A stretch of DNA of 64,000 bases from Callorhinchus milii (taxonomy: Eukaryota). The notes under the pieces are model-generated. The model searched no databases. It saw nothing but the letters and a program-made list of their open reading frames with translations, and was not told where the DNA came from. The stretch is taken from contig NW_024704746.1 in NCBI RefSeq assembly GCF_018977255.1, positions 29,264,001 to 29,328,000 of the forward strand, in the 5' to 3' direction. Below are positions 1-14,975 of this stretch, one piece after another; position 1 is the first letter of the stretch, and every line of letters starts with the position of its first letter. The translations under genes and the position numbers were made by a program.

Positions 1-712
1 GGCAGATTTGTCTTTGGTGTGCACAGGGAGCAAACTTCATTGACTGTATGACCTTTTTCCGTTGTATGCTTTCTATCCTCACAGACCTACTGCACCATGT
101 CTGTGATGTACTGAGGGACATAAAGGTCATTAGCACAACAAAGGCATTCCATCAATTTGTAATTACAGTCCTGTTATGGGCTGCATATGAACTCATCCCA
201 TTGTGGGATAGTTGCAGTGAAACAAATAGTCCTATTGGAATTGCATCTGGTTTCTGATTTTCTAAAGGGTATTAATTCAATTTATCATCTGAACATAATT
301 GTATGTTACAGCCCTGGTAAAGAGGGTTTTTTTTCAAAAAAAGTTACATTTCAGTCCATATCATAGTATTTAATGCATTTAAATTCAGCATTTAACTTTA
401 ATAACTCCCGCTATAAACAAGAGCAGTGTAACTGTTATTGAATCAATCCAGAGGAGTATCTAATGCTGCTTCTCATAATATTCCATGTGGCCTCTGGCTT
501 ACATACCATTTCACATGGATTCTGCGCTATATCTCTCACTTGACTGCGCTAATCCAATGCAAGATAAAATTATCAACGTTGTATAAGCTACCTTTAGTAG
601 TTACTGATAAATGTTTTCTCGCATTGGTCAAGAGCAGCTCCATAGCATTTGTTTAAAATAAATGCTCATGGAGTTTTCACCCTTCTGTTCTCTCGTCTTC
701 CCTACTAAGTTA

Positions 713-820
713 CAATAATAATAATCCTACCATTTGATATAGCGCCTTATCACTTCTTCGAGACGTCTCTAAAAGCTTCACACAAAATATTGTAAAGTTG
801 TATATTCTGCGGGCAAAACA
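713..820 (-). mobile_element. SINE 3' fragment (TCGAA-loop subfamily)
   Basis: AATAATCC..CATTTGATATAGCGCCTTATCAC tail matches the full-length copies. Confidence 0.85.
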
Positions 821-1400
821 GTATTTAAAATAATGAAAGGAATTTACAAAACAAAGTCATGTTGGAGGGAATTACTACAAGTTGGTTTAATGTCTTTTCA
901 GATTCTTTAAAAAAATCAGTGTATTATAGACATTGTTCTCTAGCATAAATGAAAATAAATCTAGAAATTCACCTTGGTTACATCACTTTATTCCAATTTA
1001 CAAACACCGTATTGCATAAGATCCGATTGATTTTATTTAACTGGAAATAAATGAATAACGGAACAAATGAAATGTTAATACATTGTACTTGAAACACAAT
1101 ATTCAAATACAAATAATAAGCGTTCAAATGTATTCAACTCAAGATTGCATATTAAAATGACAAGAACTTTGATATAAACATGAAAGGATTAAGATTATGG
1201 TAAATGAGGGTCACAGCAATTTATGCATTAATTGATCTTTTTGTTTTTGAATTTTCAAGGGCATTTCCTGAATTGCAGGCAATAAAATTTTCCTCCCATT
1301 GGATAATATATAATTGTTACAAATTGAACTTATTATACTATCACCATCTCAGTCATGCTAACTCCAAAGTCTAACATTGGACATCGAGCCTGTAACTACA

Positions 1401-1545
1401 AATAATATAATTATTACAATAAAAATCCTTGCATTTGGTATAGCCCCGTATCAGGTCTTCGAGGCCTCTCAAAGCACTTCACAGAACACACTGCAAAGTG
1501 AATTGACTGTATATTTTGTGGGAAAAACACGGCAGTTGCGTACTG
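1401..1545 (-). mobile_element. SINE 3' fragment
   Basis: Tail plus start of the central domain, as in 30921-31310. Confidence 0.85.
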
Positions 1546-3393
1546 CAGACATGAAGCTAACAGTAGTTACACGATCAGCAATGATTAATCCTAATGACAA
1601 AAAAGTTATATCACATGGTGATCAGAAAACCAATCGTACAGAAATATTTCTGATGCCGTTATTGTGGTAGGTTAGCCTCCATACATTACAATTGAAATGC
1701 AATCATCAATTGAAATGTCTAGGTTCAGAATCCACTTGGGCTGGTTAGAAGCTTTTTCTGTTGGTCATAATCAATGTTAACACATAGTTGGATTTCATTT
1801 ACTGTTTACATGCAAATAATCTGCAGTAACACAAACACAAACTGTATCTAGCGTGATGGCATCTGAAAAAATAAAAGTCACGTTTCAACTAAGGCAAAAT
1901 CAGTACTTTTTAGGATCAGAAATCTTGGTAAATCTTTGGTTAAAACAGCTTGAAGGATGTTATCTCACACAACATGACAGCAAGAGAATCAAGTCACTCC
2001 GGACATTTATTCCAGTGTAATCCCGGGAGATTAGTCCATATCCACAAAGGGCAGATTTCACAATATCCTTTTTAAATAGGTCACCAAAATGTATGCAATC
2101 CAACAGAACGCACATCAATCTAAGCAAAAGCCCAATAATTAAGAACCCAATTCACCTGTGAAAAGGCAAGTCAAAATTTAACAACCGCATGATTATCGAG
2201 AACATTTTAATTGAAATAACATTCAAAAGAAAGATTAGTCACGTAATTGTTACAATGAAAGTAATTCTGAAATTAATTTGCCACATAGACACATTCAGAC
2301 ACTTCTGAAAACAGTTCTATGAATCAGTGAGTGATCATTGGAGTCCACTGATATTTTATATTGTACTCTTTAAAGCAAACAATGAACAAAATTGAAAGTT
2401 ATCAAATCGGATAGTATAATAGACCCAGTATGCAATACGTGGATCCCAGTTTTGTGGTGTAGACAACAGAAGCAATTTGTGTAACCGCAGAGCACCACTT
2501 TAGCATTTCTGTGTTCCACACCATATCTGTAAAGTGCTCCAAGTATTAAAAAGGAAAGTTGTTTTGAATAACCTTAGTAATAAAACACGCAGTAGTGATA
2601 TCCACTGATGTAGAGCAGTGTAGTCTTTCAAATACTGTACTCTGTAATAGCTACACACCTCAGGTGTCTAAAGACTTTGCTCTTCAACTTTGCCTACAGT
2701 CACCTCCCCTCTCACCATGGCTCATAGTGGCATCAAACTATGTCACTGTTAAGTGCTCCGAGATGCTACCCTGCCTGAAGGGTATGTGGCTCAAAATATC
2801 TGATATCAGGTCTTAAAACATTCCCTATTTTGTGTACAAACCTATAAAAAGTAAAGATATTATGGGTACAATATATATGAAAGCAATTATGACCTTTCTT
2901 TGATGAAATGTCACACATGTTTTTGCACCTTTCATGTGTATGATGTGAGGCAGGCAAAGCAATTCTGCAATACTCCAGCCAAGACACAGTAGTACCAAAT
3001 ATTACCAAGGTATGAGTAAGCAGCAATATTGTAAGCATGGAAAGGAAAAGTTTTATTTGCATTACAATTTCAGCTTAACTTGTTAAATAACAATAATCCT
3101 TGCATTTGATATAGAGCCTTATCATGATGTTGAGACGTCTCAAAGCAATTCACAGAATATACTATAAAGTGAATTGACTAGATATTCTGTAGGCAAAACA
3201 ACTATACTCACGTGACCTGCATGAAGTAAAACTATTGTGATTATCCTCTCCCACCTGGAGGCAAAATTGGCATTTAAAATAAATGATAATTGCCTGTTTA
3301 CAGTGTGATTACTCCAAAAAGTCAGTGTTCTGCTTCAAAACATTTAGTAGAAGTGCTATTCCTTGATTTAAAAAAAGGTTTTGTTCTTATTTT

Positions 3394-3702
3394 CCAATTG
3401 GCTGCCGCATTTTGCCTACAAAATATACAGTCAAACCACTTATATTGTGTGAAGCGCTTTGAGACGTCTCTACGACGTGATAACAACAACATTACATTTG
3501 TATAGCGCCTTTCACGTTGGGAGGTCGTCCCAAGGCGCTGGACAGTGTACAGCATTTCAGACCTGAGCTGGGGTCAGGGCGGAGAGAAGGGAGGGGAGGG
3601 GAAGGGGGGTGGCCGATGGCATGGTCGAAAGAGGAGGGTCTTGAGGCTGGACTTGAAGGAGGCTAAGGAAGGGGCTAATCAAAAATAACAATTATTATTA
3701 TT
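3394..3702. mobile_element. + strand SINE fragment interrupted by a - strand L2 3' end (about 3484-3675)
   Basis: The SINE stops at GACGTGATAA, followed by an (AAC)n L2 tail; a degenerate SINE tail resumes near 3675. Confidence 0.8.
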
Positions 3703-4894
3703 TGTCCTCTCCCAAATTGAGCCTGGCTGAGATCAGCTAATTCAGATTTATTGTGGCAGATGAGCTCCAAAGGGATCCTGCTTATGTTCCTTCTCCCCTC
3801 TCACTCCCCAGAAGTATAGACACTTGACATCCAAAAAGCACAGGTTTGAGACCTCACTCAGTGCATAGCAAGTACCAGGAGCTTCCTGAGGAGCAGCACA
3901 GCTCAGCAGGAAATCCATGAGAACATTGCCATCATCCTACCCACAGCTCAGATACACATCCCATTGATTAATGGGTAGCTAAGTTAGCAAGATCAGGAAA
4001 TGTCCCTGAAATTTCCTGGTTTGAATGACTCAATTATACACTGAAACGTGGCTTTATCAACAGAGTGATTGGGATATAATATTAATAATAATAATCCTTG
4101 CATTTGATATAGCTCCTCATCACATCGGTGAGATGTCTCAAAGGGCTTCAGGGTATATTGTGAAGTGAATTTATAAACCGAAAAGTACAGTAACAAAGAT
4201 GATACAAAACACTGCGATCACATATTTCCTTATTTATCCATAAGGTATTTAACTGGACAACGTATTCTATCTGAATTTGTCAATTTCTAAAATTACAATG
4301 GGAATAAATGTATAATAACCTCATTAATAAACTGTTTCCTTTTTCCCCCGCAATCAGATAATTCTGGTACTGCAGAGGGTGGGAGGGGAAAGGGGGGCTT
4401 TTAATGAATTGTCACCAATCAAACAGATTCTGTGTATCACAGCCGTAAAACGTAGTGAGAGATCCAGTATCAATAACAGGCCAAACACTACCAAGTGTTC
4501 TTCCACTTAACACTGTTGCCAGTTAATTGACTAAAGGGCACCAAACTGCTGAGCTCACTATAACTCTATACGAACAGTCCAGCCACACCACACGATTCCA
4601 CTTCAGAGAAAGTAAAGTGATACTGATCACTTTCAGTCAAAATAATGAAATACGGTTAATATAAGATCCGATTTTATTAATCAACTTTTGGTTGCTATGT
4701 TCATGTACATATATACACACACACACACAGTATTCCGTTACCATATCTATGTACAATCTAACACCTTTGAAGCAATTAACTGCATAACATGGCCCACAGG
4801 TACTGCAGTGGAGGAGCAGTATAAATAACTTATGCAAAAGTTTGACGGATCCAAATTACTGTATAGACACACAAAATATATAACTATGCAGTTG

Positions 4895-5265
4895 TACAGT
4901 TAAGCTCACTCTTGCTTTTCAGTCAGAAGGTTGTGGGTCAAATTCCATGTCAGTACTTTGAACCAACCCATTGTTTCAGTTGACACTCCCGGCCATCCTT
5001 CAAATGAGGTGTAAATAGAGGACCCGTCTGCCTGTTCAGGTGGATGTTAAAGATCCATTGGCACGAGTCAAAAATAAAGCGAGTTTTTCCCCAGTGTCCA
5101 AATTAACCATTCAGTCATTCACTTCGTGGATGTTTAAGCGACATTGCTGTGTGCAAATTGACTGCCACGTTCATCTACAGATACGCAATCACTACGCTTC
5201 ACAGTAAAAAATCCTTTCAACAATGCCAGAAGACACTATCGCAAATGCGAGGATTATTATTATAC
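4895..5265 (+). mobile_element. Old Deu-domain SINE (SacSINE1/AmnSINE1-like)
   Basis: Degenerate tRNA head (CAGAAGGTTGTGGGT), then GTCTGCCTGTTCAGGTGGATGTTAAAGATCC and TTGCTGTGTGCAAATTGACTGCC, then an ATT tail. Confidence 0.7.
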
Positions 5266-8200
5266 ACAAACACAAAGTCTTTAGTGAAAGGTTTCTCTTG
5301 TCATGTCGGGACTCACTTGTGACTATATTACAATTGTCTAAGAGAACTACATGTTTACATGTATAAAACATACTTAGACCAAAACAGCACATACCAGAAG
5401 TTTGTGACTTCACAAATAAGTAGAATGCAGAATTCAGTTTAACTTGACCAGATTTATTTTTCCATGAATCACAGCACAGACTGCTTGACGTGTCAGGAAC
5501 CCCTTGCTGTAGCCATGGAAACCCAAGTTATAAAAGATTCTTACTTAACTCGCTCACTACCGCAGCATTTGTGAATGCAGCACAGAGTCTCCTTCGATCA
5601 TGCAATAAACATTACAGCACCAATTCATATTTGTATGGTCTACAGTTAATGCAGCTTTACATATGTTAAAAATGCCATATTTTGACTACAGACACAAAAA
5701 GGCATCAAATTCTGAATGCCATTGGAGCATCAATGTACCATGTTTATATCACCTACTGTACACAATACTGCAAGAGACATCAGCCTTTATATTGTCGATC
5801 ATGATGAATATCAAATGGCCTTAGTATAAAAAGAATTACTTTGCAATGGCCAATGTGCAATATTAAAATATTGCTCAAATTTTAGAATGGAATGGAGTAA
5901 TAATAATCCTTGCATTTGACTTAGGGAACTTCCATAACGTGCTATGTTTGTAGGTAAGCACAGCAGCCAATTTGCACGCAGCAATGTCCCCAAAACAGCC
6001 ATGTAGTCAATGATTAATTTATCTGGGAGATTGTTGGGCTCTGGGATTCTACCCATATGAGGGGTGCTTAAGTTGTTGTTGTTGGCCAGAAAACTAAGAA
6101 AAACTCCATTCTGCTTTCAAATAGTTCCACTGCAACTTGAACATACAATTTTCAAACCAGTTCCTAGTAGCAATGGACCCAGAGAAGAGAGGTGATCAAA
6201 GTTTAACGCTAATTGGACTAACTTGCTGTTTCATTCTGGAAGGTACAAATCTAGTCTGTGGAAACTAAACGCTGGTGCAGAAAGAGTGTTGTTGTTCAGA
6301 CAGACCAGCATACAGCTTACCATTTGGGATTGCTTGAGGTTGACATTAGGTGAAAAAAAAGTAAAGGCCTCCAATTCTCAGAACTGACAGCCTTCTTCTT
6401 AAAGAATAAGCATCCACTACAATCGTTTTAAAAAAAAAATGAATTCATATTTAATTGCAGTTTCACGCATGGCAGCTGAACAAAGTGGTTATGATTTTAA
6501 ATCATGCCTCTTCACAGTAATAGGCTGTTTCGTGATTCTTATGGGTGTTGCTCCCTGCCTTACCTCCTCCAGAATAAAACGTCAACTTTAGAAAATGCGG
6601 CTTTCATGCCTGTCCAACAACCAATTCTCATTATTTTCCTGCTGTGCTAGAGGCTCTGTCCATTTTGGTTTTTTCTGTTGTGCGGTAATGACCTTGTTAA
6701 CCGCTCATTATGAATCCAGGTTATGTTTCGGATTGTCTTTTGCTCATCGGTGTCTCCTGACGTGAAAGGCACTTTACAAATGTAATTTTGTTGTCGTTGC
6801 TGTTGGGGTTGTGCGCACACGGAGATGTGCTTAACTGAGCATCATCTTCATGACAAAATGCTTGGTAAACATTTGTTTACAAACAAAGCACATAATTTGC
6901 CGTTATCTTGTCACTTGGCAAGGCTGCAGTTTCTTGCCTCCCTGACCCAGGTGAGATTTCACTGACATTTTCGTTTTCTTAATGACGATGCATTCTTTTC
7001 AAATAAGATTGCAAATTCTCCCTGCGTCTCAGAATGTTTTAAATGTTGTTATTTGCGGCTCTGAGTACAATACAAACATTTCTCACTTTCCCCCAGGTCC
7101 ACAAAAATAATTTAAATAAAATAATAGTAATACAATATTATAAATAATTTTGCTGCTTTTCGCCCACAAAATACATAGTCCACTTTACAGTATATCCTGT
7201 GAAGCGGTTTGAGATGTCTCAACGATGTGATAACATTCTATAACAGATGCAAGTACCATTATTATAAACTCTTGCTTTGATATGTGGATCAGCTAAAATA
7301 GATGTTTTAAAGAGATATGGAGCTACTCTCAGATTCTCTCATATTGGATCATTAAATCTATTTTAATTAGGGTTTTAAAAGGACTAATAATCAGGTCTCT
7401 TTTGAGGTCAAGGTAAGGATGTTATTGGACTACATAAACGATAATATTACACCTGTACAGAAGTCAAGCAAACAATTTTTACCCTCATCTCAGGCATTAT
7501 GTGCAGGGAAAAAACACTAACCATGGATGATTCCTCATTGACCTCCTCAAACGTATAAGGGGACCTTTCCATCCCAATGGTTCCAGCTGTGATGAAGTGA
7601 CATATCTATTGATCTGCTATTGAAACTGCTACATTTCCTGTTTCTATTCCCTGGAACAGTGAGTGGCATTTCAGATTAGGTTGTACCAAACCTCTGGCCA
7701 AACCCCTCACTGTGGCAGCAAATGCGACATCATTGCTCTTCCTAATAAAATGCGAAGGTTGTAAAATAATCCTCTTCACCTCATTACGAGAAACAGGATG
7801 TTCTTTCCATCAACTCCCACCATTAAACTATTCAGTCTTTTCTTTCAACTGCTTGCCACCTACAATTTTTCCACTGGACTGCTGAAAGAAAATCTTAGGC
7901 TATAACATGGAAAATATTCACATAATTAATACAAAGTCATAAACCAAAATAGATTTGAGCTCATTTCAGACATTTACACTCCACCTTTTAAAACTCTGTA
8001 GATTATAAGTGTCAGTGAGGCATTTGGCATGGATGCATTCAATGGTATCATGTTTTATGATTCACAATATGGTCAATATGTTCTTTACTAGTTACAGTAT
8101 CAGCTGGAGCAGGTTTCAGATCAGATCAAATTGGCAAGTGGGTTATCAATTATATGCTAAGTTTGTGGTTAAGGTCAGTTTTGTCAAACCACAGAGCAAT

Positions 8201-9500
8201 TGGCCACATGTGGCTCATAAACCGTGTAGCTCACAGCTATATCAGCTTCAGCAGAAAGTGTGTGTCTCAGATAATTCTCGTTGACAATTTGCTTACAGAG
8301 ACATGGGAATTGCTATTTAACACGTTATATCCATATAGTGAAGATTTCCCTTGTCGGGTTTTTATAATATTCAGTTGAAATAGTCGCCTAAAATAATAAA
8401 GTAAAACACACCTAAGTCTGATCTGTATAAATCGTATAATCGCCTAAATCATACATCTGTCCTGTTCAAGAGGTTATATTCTATGCAAGTTTGATATAAC
8501 TCCTACTTTGCATAAGTCATATTAAATGTATGGTCCCAACTGATAGTATATATAAAGAAAGCAGTCAAATGCTATCAGGAAATGTTGGGGAGAAAAAAAA
8601 GAATGGCAAGAGGAAAATAGATTGCAGCCTTGCAACTAGCATAAATAGTTTTGATCCTATAAATCAATATAAATGATTGACCAGTGGGTAGTGTGGATGT
8701 TTAGCAGTTTGTCCTTTCATCTCTGGCACAAAACACATCCCAGAGAGGCACCTCTTCTCTGTGCTCCAGTTGTGAAATAATGTTTTGATGATTCTCAATT
8801 CAGTTGACCCGCTCCACAGCATAAAAATACCCATAATGTGGCCCCAGTTACCATGATATCAATAGTACAACTAGAAAATGCTGTAAATGCACAGCAACTA
8901 AATCAGTTTCTGATACAGAGGTTTATCTATTTGGAAAGAGAAGGGCATTTCTCTTTGTGTTCTGCCCAATGATCCTCCAGGCAATTGGCAATTCACTTAA
9001 TTGCTAATTGCAGGATATTGCCCAATGTGGAGCTTGAGCCCACAACCTTCTGTCTCAATAGTAAACGTGTTACCCATTGAGTGAGGCTGCCGCCTGAGAT
9101 AACCAGTTGCTCAATGGCAAATCTACACATTGTACAGTAGAGATTACGTCTTTTGAGAAACAGTCTTTGGGACCGATGAAGGAAGTGGTGCCCATATAAC
9201 TCGATATGTTACTGACTATCATTTTTAAGTAAAATAAGCATTTCGTATTACTTCATAAAGGGTGACTAAAATGTTGTGATACCACTACAATGTCTAATAA
9301 GTCTTAAAGAATTATATATAGAGATTTAGATAGTAAGGTAGATATCATGACTTTTTGGTCACCCTGTAGTTGTATTGTCTTTTGCTATATTTGTTAAGCT
9401 TTTATAGTTTTATATTTATGCTTTGGAGTATCTAGTTATTGTTTACTATTTCCCAGGGAACTTCAAAAGCAAGATAAAATGTTTCCAACTAAATAGATAA

Positions 9501-9822
9501 ATAATAATAATAATAATCCTTGCATTTGATATAGCGCTTTTCATGTCGGGAGGACGTCCCAAAGCACTTCACAGAACACACTGTAAAGTGAATTGACTGT
9601 ATGTTTGTGAGCGAACGCGGCAGCCAATTGAGCACAGCAATGTCCCACAAACAGTCGTAGATTGAAAATGACCAATTTATTATTGTTTTTGGTTTTGGAG
9701 GGATTATTATTAGATGTGTGGAGTAAGGAAACTTGCCCGAGGTTTCACCCTCTGCCTGGAATTGAACTCAGGTCTCTCGCTTGCAAAGCGAGTGCTCTAA
9801 CCACTGAGCTACAGGACTCCAC
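9501..9822 (-). mobile_element. Full-length young tRNA-Ala-derived SINE (subfamily A, CTCCC loop)
   Basis: Head GTGGAGTCCTGTAGCTCAGTGGTTAGAGC with A/B boxes and a TGC anticodon arm; (ATT)n tail; near-identical to the copies at 33, 35 and 36 kb. Confidence 0.95.
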
Positions 9823-12800
9823 TTGCCTGAGCACAAATGATCATCCGATAATTTTAATTCGTGATCAAGTAATACAGTGTACATTGTGAAATTTGATGCA
9901 TAATTTTCACGTTTGCGTTTTTCAATGTATATGACAGCAATTTTGTAGTGAATGGTATGTATAGAATTTATAGAACCCCACAGTGATTATTATTATTATT
10001 ATTATTTGCCTCTCCCCCCTCTGCTCAGTGTCCAAACCTGACGCTGTGAAGCACCCTGAGACGTCACCCTAAGTAAAGAATGCTATCTAAATCCAAATAG
10101 TTGTTAATTGGGAAGCTTATGCTAATCAACATGTGAGCCATAAATACTGTTTTTTGTGACTAGTCAGAAAATCTTTTCTGCGAGTGCTTATACTGTTTGG
10201 AATGTTTTTGCTGTGAGACGCTGCTTAGATTGGAATTCTTCCAGATGTATCATTCAAGTTGGGAGGACATCCCAAAGCACTTGGATGATATCGCATCGGC
10301 CAAAGTACCTTCTTGATCCATAATGTAATGTAATAGTAAGCGGTTATGGTCAGCACCAGTGACAATTGTGTGTTTCATTTTGTTATAAGGTGGCATCTTG
10401 AAATGTGATACTGTTGGCTACTTTGCACATTTAGGTCTGGTATTAATTCTTCTAGACACAAGGGTGCACTTTCTTTATCTGTACAAGACGATAGAAAGGG
10501 GAACAGAAAAGCAGGTACAACTGATATATCAGACTGGCCAGTTTTTGAATACCGCACAGTAGAAAATGGCTAAAAAAAATAATCGCAGCATTTAATAATA
10601 GCACCTTATATTGTCAAGAGGTCTCAAAGTGCTGCATTGGCTTGTACTGTGGAGTGTAGGGTATGTGTATTTTGTAAATGAATGTAGCAGACAATGTTTG
10701 CACAGCCATTTCTCACAGATAGGCTAAATCCACAGCTGGCTAAAATACAACCATTTTTATGGCATGGGAATGTGTAATTACAACACATTGCGCCAACAGT
10801 GACTGACCTGAAAGGCTAAAAAGGGAAAATATTGCAATAAATTTTCATCTAAAAATATAGCAGACAGTAGACATGTAATATCAGGAATATGGCTGGAGGA
10901 GGAATCAGCATGAGTACATGGTCAGTCTCAAGCGCTCGCCAATACATCTCCAGTTGGAACAGCTTAGAAGAAGCCTTATGCGATTATTTTGTCTGTGGAG
11001 TGTGGAAATGCGAGACAAATTGCTAAATTCTGCCTGTTCCAAAGAGTTAGCCTTAGACCAGGCATAGATTTACGTAAACTAGGCATTCTAAACGTGTTAA
11101 TGGCCAGGGAAAAAGCTGTCATACAGTGTAGTAGAAGTCTGTCTAGTCATGTTATTGTGCTTTCATTGAGATGAGACACATTTCTCTGTACTGTAAATTT
11201 ACAGTGTTCTCTTACAGCATTCAGTTCTATTGGCTCCAAAAACTGTGGGTTTTCTAATGAATTGTCACTCAGTATGATTTTGCCACAGAGACAAACAGAA
11301 CCAGTCTGTACTGTGCACTCCAGTGTAGCNTTTTTTTACAAAATGTAACTGGATATTATACATATATAGTCGTGGTTCAACCTATTTAATTACAAGAACA
11401 ATTTACATTTTTCTAGAGCCTTTCATTTCAAAGCGCTTTACAGAACAGAAAATGTTGCATGGATAATCCATAAATCCAAAAGTAATGACGTAAAACCTGC
11501 AGAATATTTCACCCACCCCTTCATCTTTCCCATACATAATACCTCACACACACACACACACAATTTTTTTTTTAATTTGAAACTTTTTCTCTTTAACAAC
11601 AAGCTACATCGCCCCAGTAATAACCTGGACTGCCCAAGAATGAGAGGCCATTTTTGAAGTGAACTGATATGTCACTACTTTTGCATCAATTTGTATAACA
11701 CAGTATAAACAAGAAATAAATACCTGCCACAGTCATGTAGAAAGTTGCAATGTTTTCAAATGCAAGCCTGGCCAGTGTTTCCCATTAAACCTGGCCGACC
11801 CATATATCGCAGCAATGGAGCACCAGTTAGCAACATATCAGCTTTACTCATATGTTTTGTTGTATTCAACCAGTGTACCACTATCTGTGTCAGTCCAACC
11901 TCCACACTTTGTGAACTTCAGGCCTATCACCAGTGTGATATGATGGAGTTAGGAGTAAATACTCCTGGATAAGTAATGGTTTTGATTACTATTGGCCACA
12001 ATGTCCAATGCCGCAACGATTAACACCAGTATTAGTTTACACATTAAAGGTTACAACTCTTACTTGATGGAACTCAAATCGAAACACTTGTGGCTTCATT
12101 CCTTAAGCGTTGTGAAGTCACAAACGGCTATTTTATAACTACCATATCGCACCATGACTAACATGTTCTTCTTTATTTATAGCAGAACCGGGTGGCAAAG
12201 ACTGAGTTACAGGAATGAAGCGAGGGAAACAGAATGGGAAATAGGAGTGGAGAGCAAGGCAGCACGGAATGGAATAGAAAAGGTTAATGAAATTGTTAGC
12301 GAGAAAAATGGTAAAGGAATGAAAAACAGCAAAGTGGAGAGGGGGAGGGTTTCTCAAATATTAAGTAACACTTAACTTTAATTATTGATAAAAATTATAA
12401 TCCTTGCATTTGATTTATATTCATCAAGTGAGAATGCGAGCAATGAAAGTATAAAAACGTTAATTATTTCCATATTTTTATGGTGTGTAAACAGCAATTA
12501 TTTGGGGGAAATGGAATGCACACTCTCTGCTCTGCTGAAGATTGAATAGTCATTCAGTTTGTACCACACGAGCAACAATTTCAGAGTAGGCAATACTTTT
12601 TACCCACAAAATATAGAGTCACTTTACAGTAAATTCTGTGAAGGGCTTTGAGACGCCTCGAAGACGTGATAAGGCACTATATCAATTACAAGGATTATTA
12701 TCATTATTACCCGGCAGCTGAAAAAAATTATCCTGCCTAAAGACTCGCTGATGTAACAACCCTACATTGAGAAGTCATATATTCTAAAGCTATCCAATAG

Positions 12801-13572
12801 AAACCTTAATCCATTGACTCACAGTATATTTTGCTGGACAACAAATAATTTCAACCAAATTATGGTGATCGTTTTTTCAAACAAAAATAAATGCGTGTAT
12901 GTTTACGAATAATTAAGCCTTTCTGATTCAGCTGCATTTGTATGTTTCCAGGCACAAACTGGGACTGTGAATTTATATCTGGGGCATTAAATTGTAGACA
13001 GATGGAGCGAATAGTAATCTGAGGTCAGCATAGAGCTGAATATGACAGCGTCCCACTGAATAATGTATTTATGTGGTTGTCTGTCGTTGCGGCACATTGA
13101 AAAGCTGCAACACAGAGCTATTGGGAATTCCCTTTTTTCTCTCCCCCTAACATGATTCCCCGCATGGTAAGTCGGGAGATAAAACCCAAGCTATTGTGAA
13201 AAGACAGCGGGTAGAGGCAAAGAACTTTACTGCAAGATAACAAGGAGAGAATATCAATCTGTGTTACTGCCACGCAAACGCCTGACAATCTGCATAGCCA
13301 GAAGATTGAGAGAACATCACCTCAAACAACTGAAGGAGGCCAATAAGACAAAGACCATATTTTTAGAAAATATTTATATGTATATGGATGAATCCACACA
13401 CTTTTTATTAATAAAAAATGCAGAAATGTTAAATTAGTATTAATAATTGAATTGGGCAAAAAAATATTTACTGACAATATTTTGATGGATGTTATGCACA
13501 CAATAAGGTCTAAATCAAACAGTTTAAAGTGTAGACATTCTTAGCAGTTTCTTGTTGTTCAATGAAAAATGC

Positions 13573-13851
13573 AATAATGATAATAATCCTTGCATTTCAT
13601 ATCGCACCTCATCACGTCGTTGAGACATCCCAAAGAGCTTCACAGAGTATATTGTCAAGTGAATTGACTGTGTATTCTGTGGGCGAAATGCGGCAGCCAA
13701 TTGCGCACAGCAGCGTCCCACAAACAGTCGTGGATTGAGTGAGAAAATTATTACTATTTATTTATTTTTGAAGAGATTATTAGCCCTGGAAGTGATCCAT
13801 CAATTGATTAACAACTGGGTTCCTGCTTATTTTAGGTAAACAGAGGCATGT
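13573..13851 (-). mobile_element. 5'-truncated SINE (subfamily B)
   Basis: Tail, central domain and the GGTAAACAGAGGC segment specific to subfamily B. Confidence 0.9.
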
Positions 13852-14167
13852 TTACCCTTGTCCCTGTAAACACATTCCTTGAAAATGTATTTGTGGCTAA
13901 TAAACACCAAACACACCACATGCAACATAGTAATAATAATAAGTGACATGCATTTGATATCGAACCTTTCACTGGGGAAGGATGTTTCAAAGCATGTCAC
14001 AGGATTTTTCCATAAAGTGTAGTGACTGTGCATTTTGGGACCCACAGCTATCTTACTAAGAAGCAAGCGTTTACCAACTAAACCAGGCTGACATCTAGTA
14101 ACAAGACAGTTGATTACTATGAATAGTCAGCAATCTGAATCCATAGCCACGAATGGATTTCAATTAT

Positions 14168-14400
14168 GACAACGACAACTTGCATTTATATAGTCCGCTT
14201 CACACTGGGAGAGCCTCGGAGTGCTAAACAGTTTCCGAGCTTGACGTTGAGCCAGGGAGACAGGGGAGGTGATCGTAAGCAAGGTCAAAGAGGAAAGTCT
14301 TCAGGTGTGATCTGAAGACAAGACAGGGAAGGGACAAAGCGGAGGGATTGAGGCAGAGAGTTCCAGCATCTCGGGCCTCAGATGGTGGAGTGGACTGAGA
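14168..14400 (-). mobile_element. L2 LINE 3' fragment (old)
   Basis: (AAC)n tail; translation FRSHLKTFLFDLAY matches the L2 ORF2 C-terminus. Confidence 0.8.
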
Positions 14401-14689
14401 CTGGGAACAAACTACCCAATGATGAACAATTGCAAATAAACAAACACACACAGGTGCATCTTAAACAGATTCGCTATGAGGTAAAAGGTGTCAGGGCACT
14501 CAAGAAAATGACCGGGGATTTCCATTACTCAAATACACAAAGCTATTATCATTTCAAATAAATATCAAAAAATACATTTCAAACCGTTTCACAAAAAAAA
14601 CATTTGACAGACGGGATTCATTTCAGATCTTTACCGAAGATGATTTGTGCACATCTGTACACTTCTGTACTGAGAAAACAATAGTCAAA

Positions 14690-14975
14690 ATGAAATTCTT
14701 TCAAAGGAGGAAATCAGTGGGATCTTCAGAGTGAGTTTGATGAAACCCATTTTTAATTCATTACCACAAGTAGTTATTGAGGCTGGATCAATAAGATTGT
14801 TCACAAGGGAGCCAGATAATCAAATGAGTGGTAAAGCATTAATAGTAGAGGGGAAAAATGCTGAAAAACTGGGATTAATTAAAAAAGAGAGAAAAATAAT
14901 AATGATTATAGAAAAACAAGTAGCAGTGGCACAGATCCAAATGCCCCCCTTTTCTGTACAGAAAATACCTTAGAT
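14690..14975 (+). mobile_element. Degenerate CR1 LINE 3' end
   Basis: FNSLPQVVIEAGSIRLFTREPD resembles CR1 WNSLPxxVVEAxSxxxFKxxLD. Confidence 0.65.
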
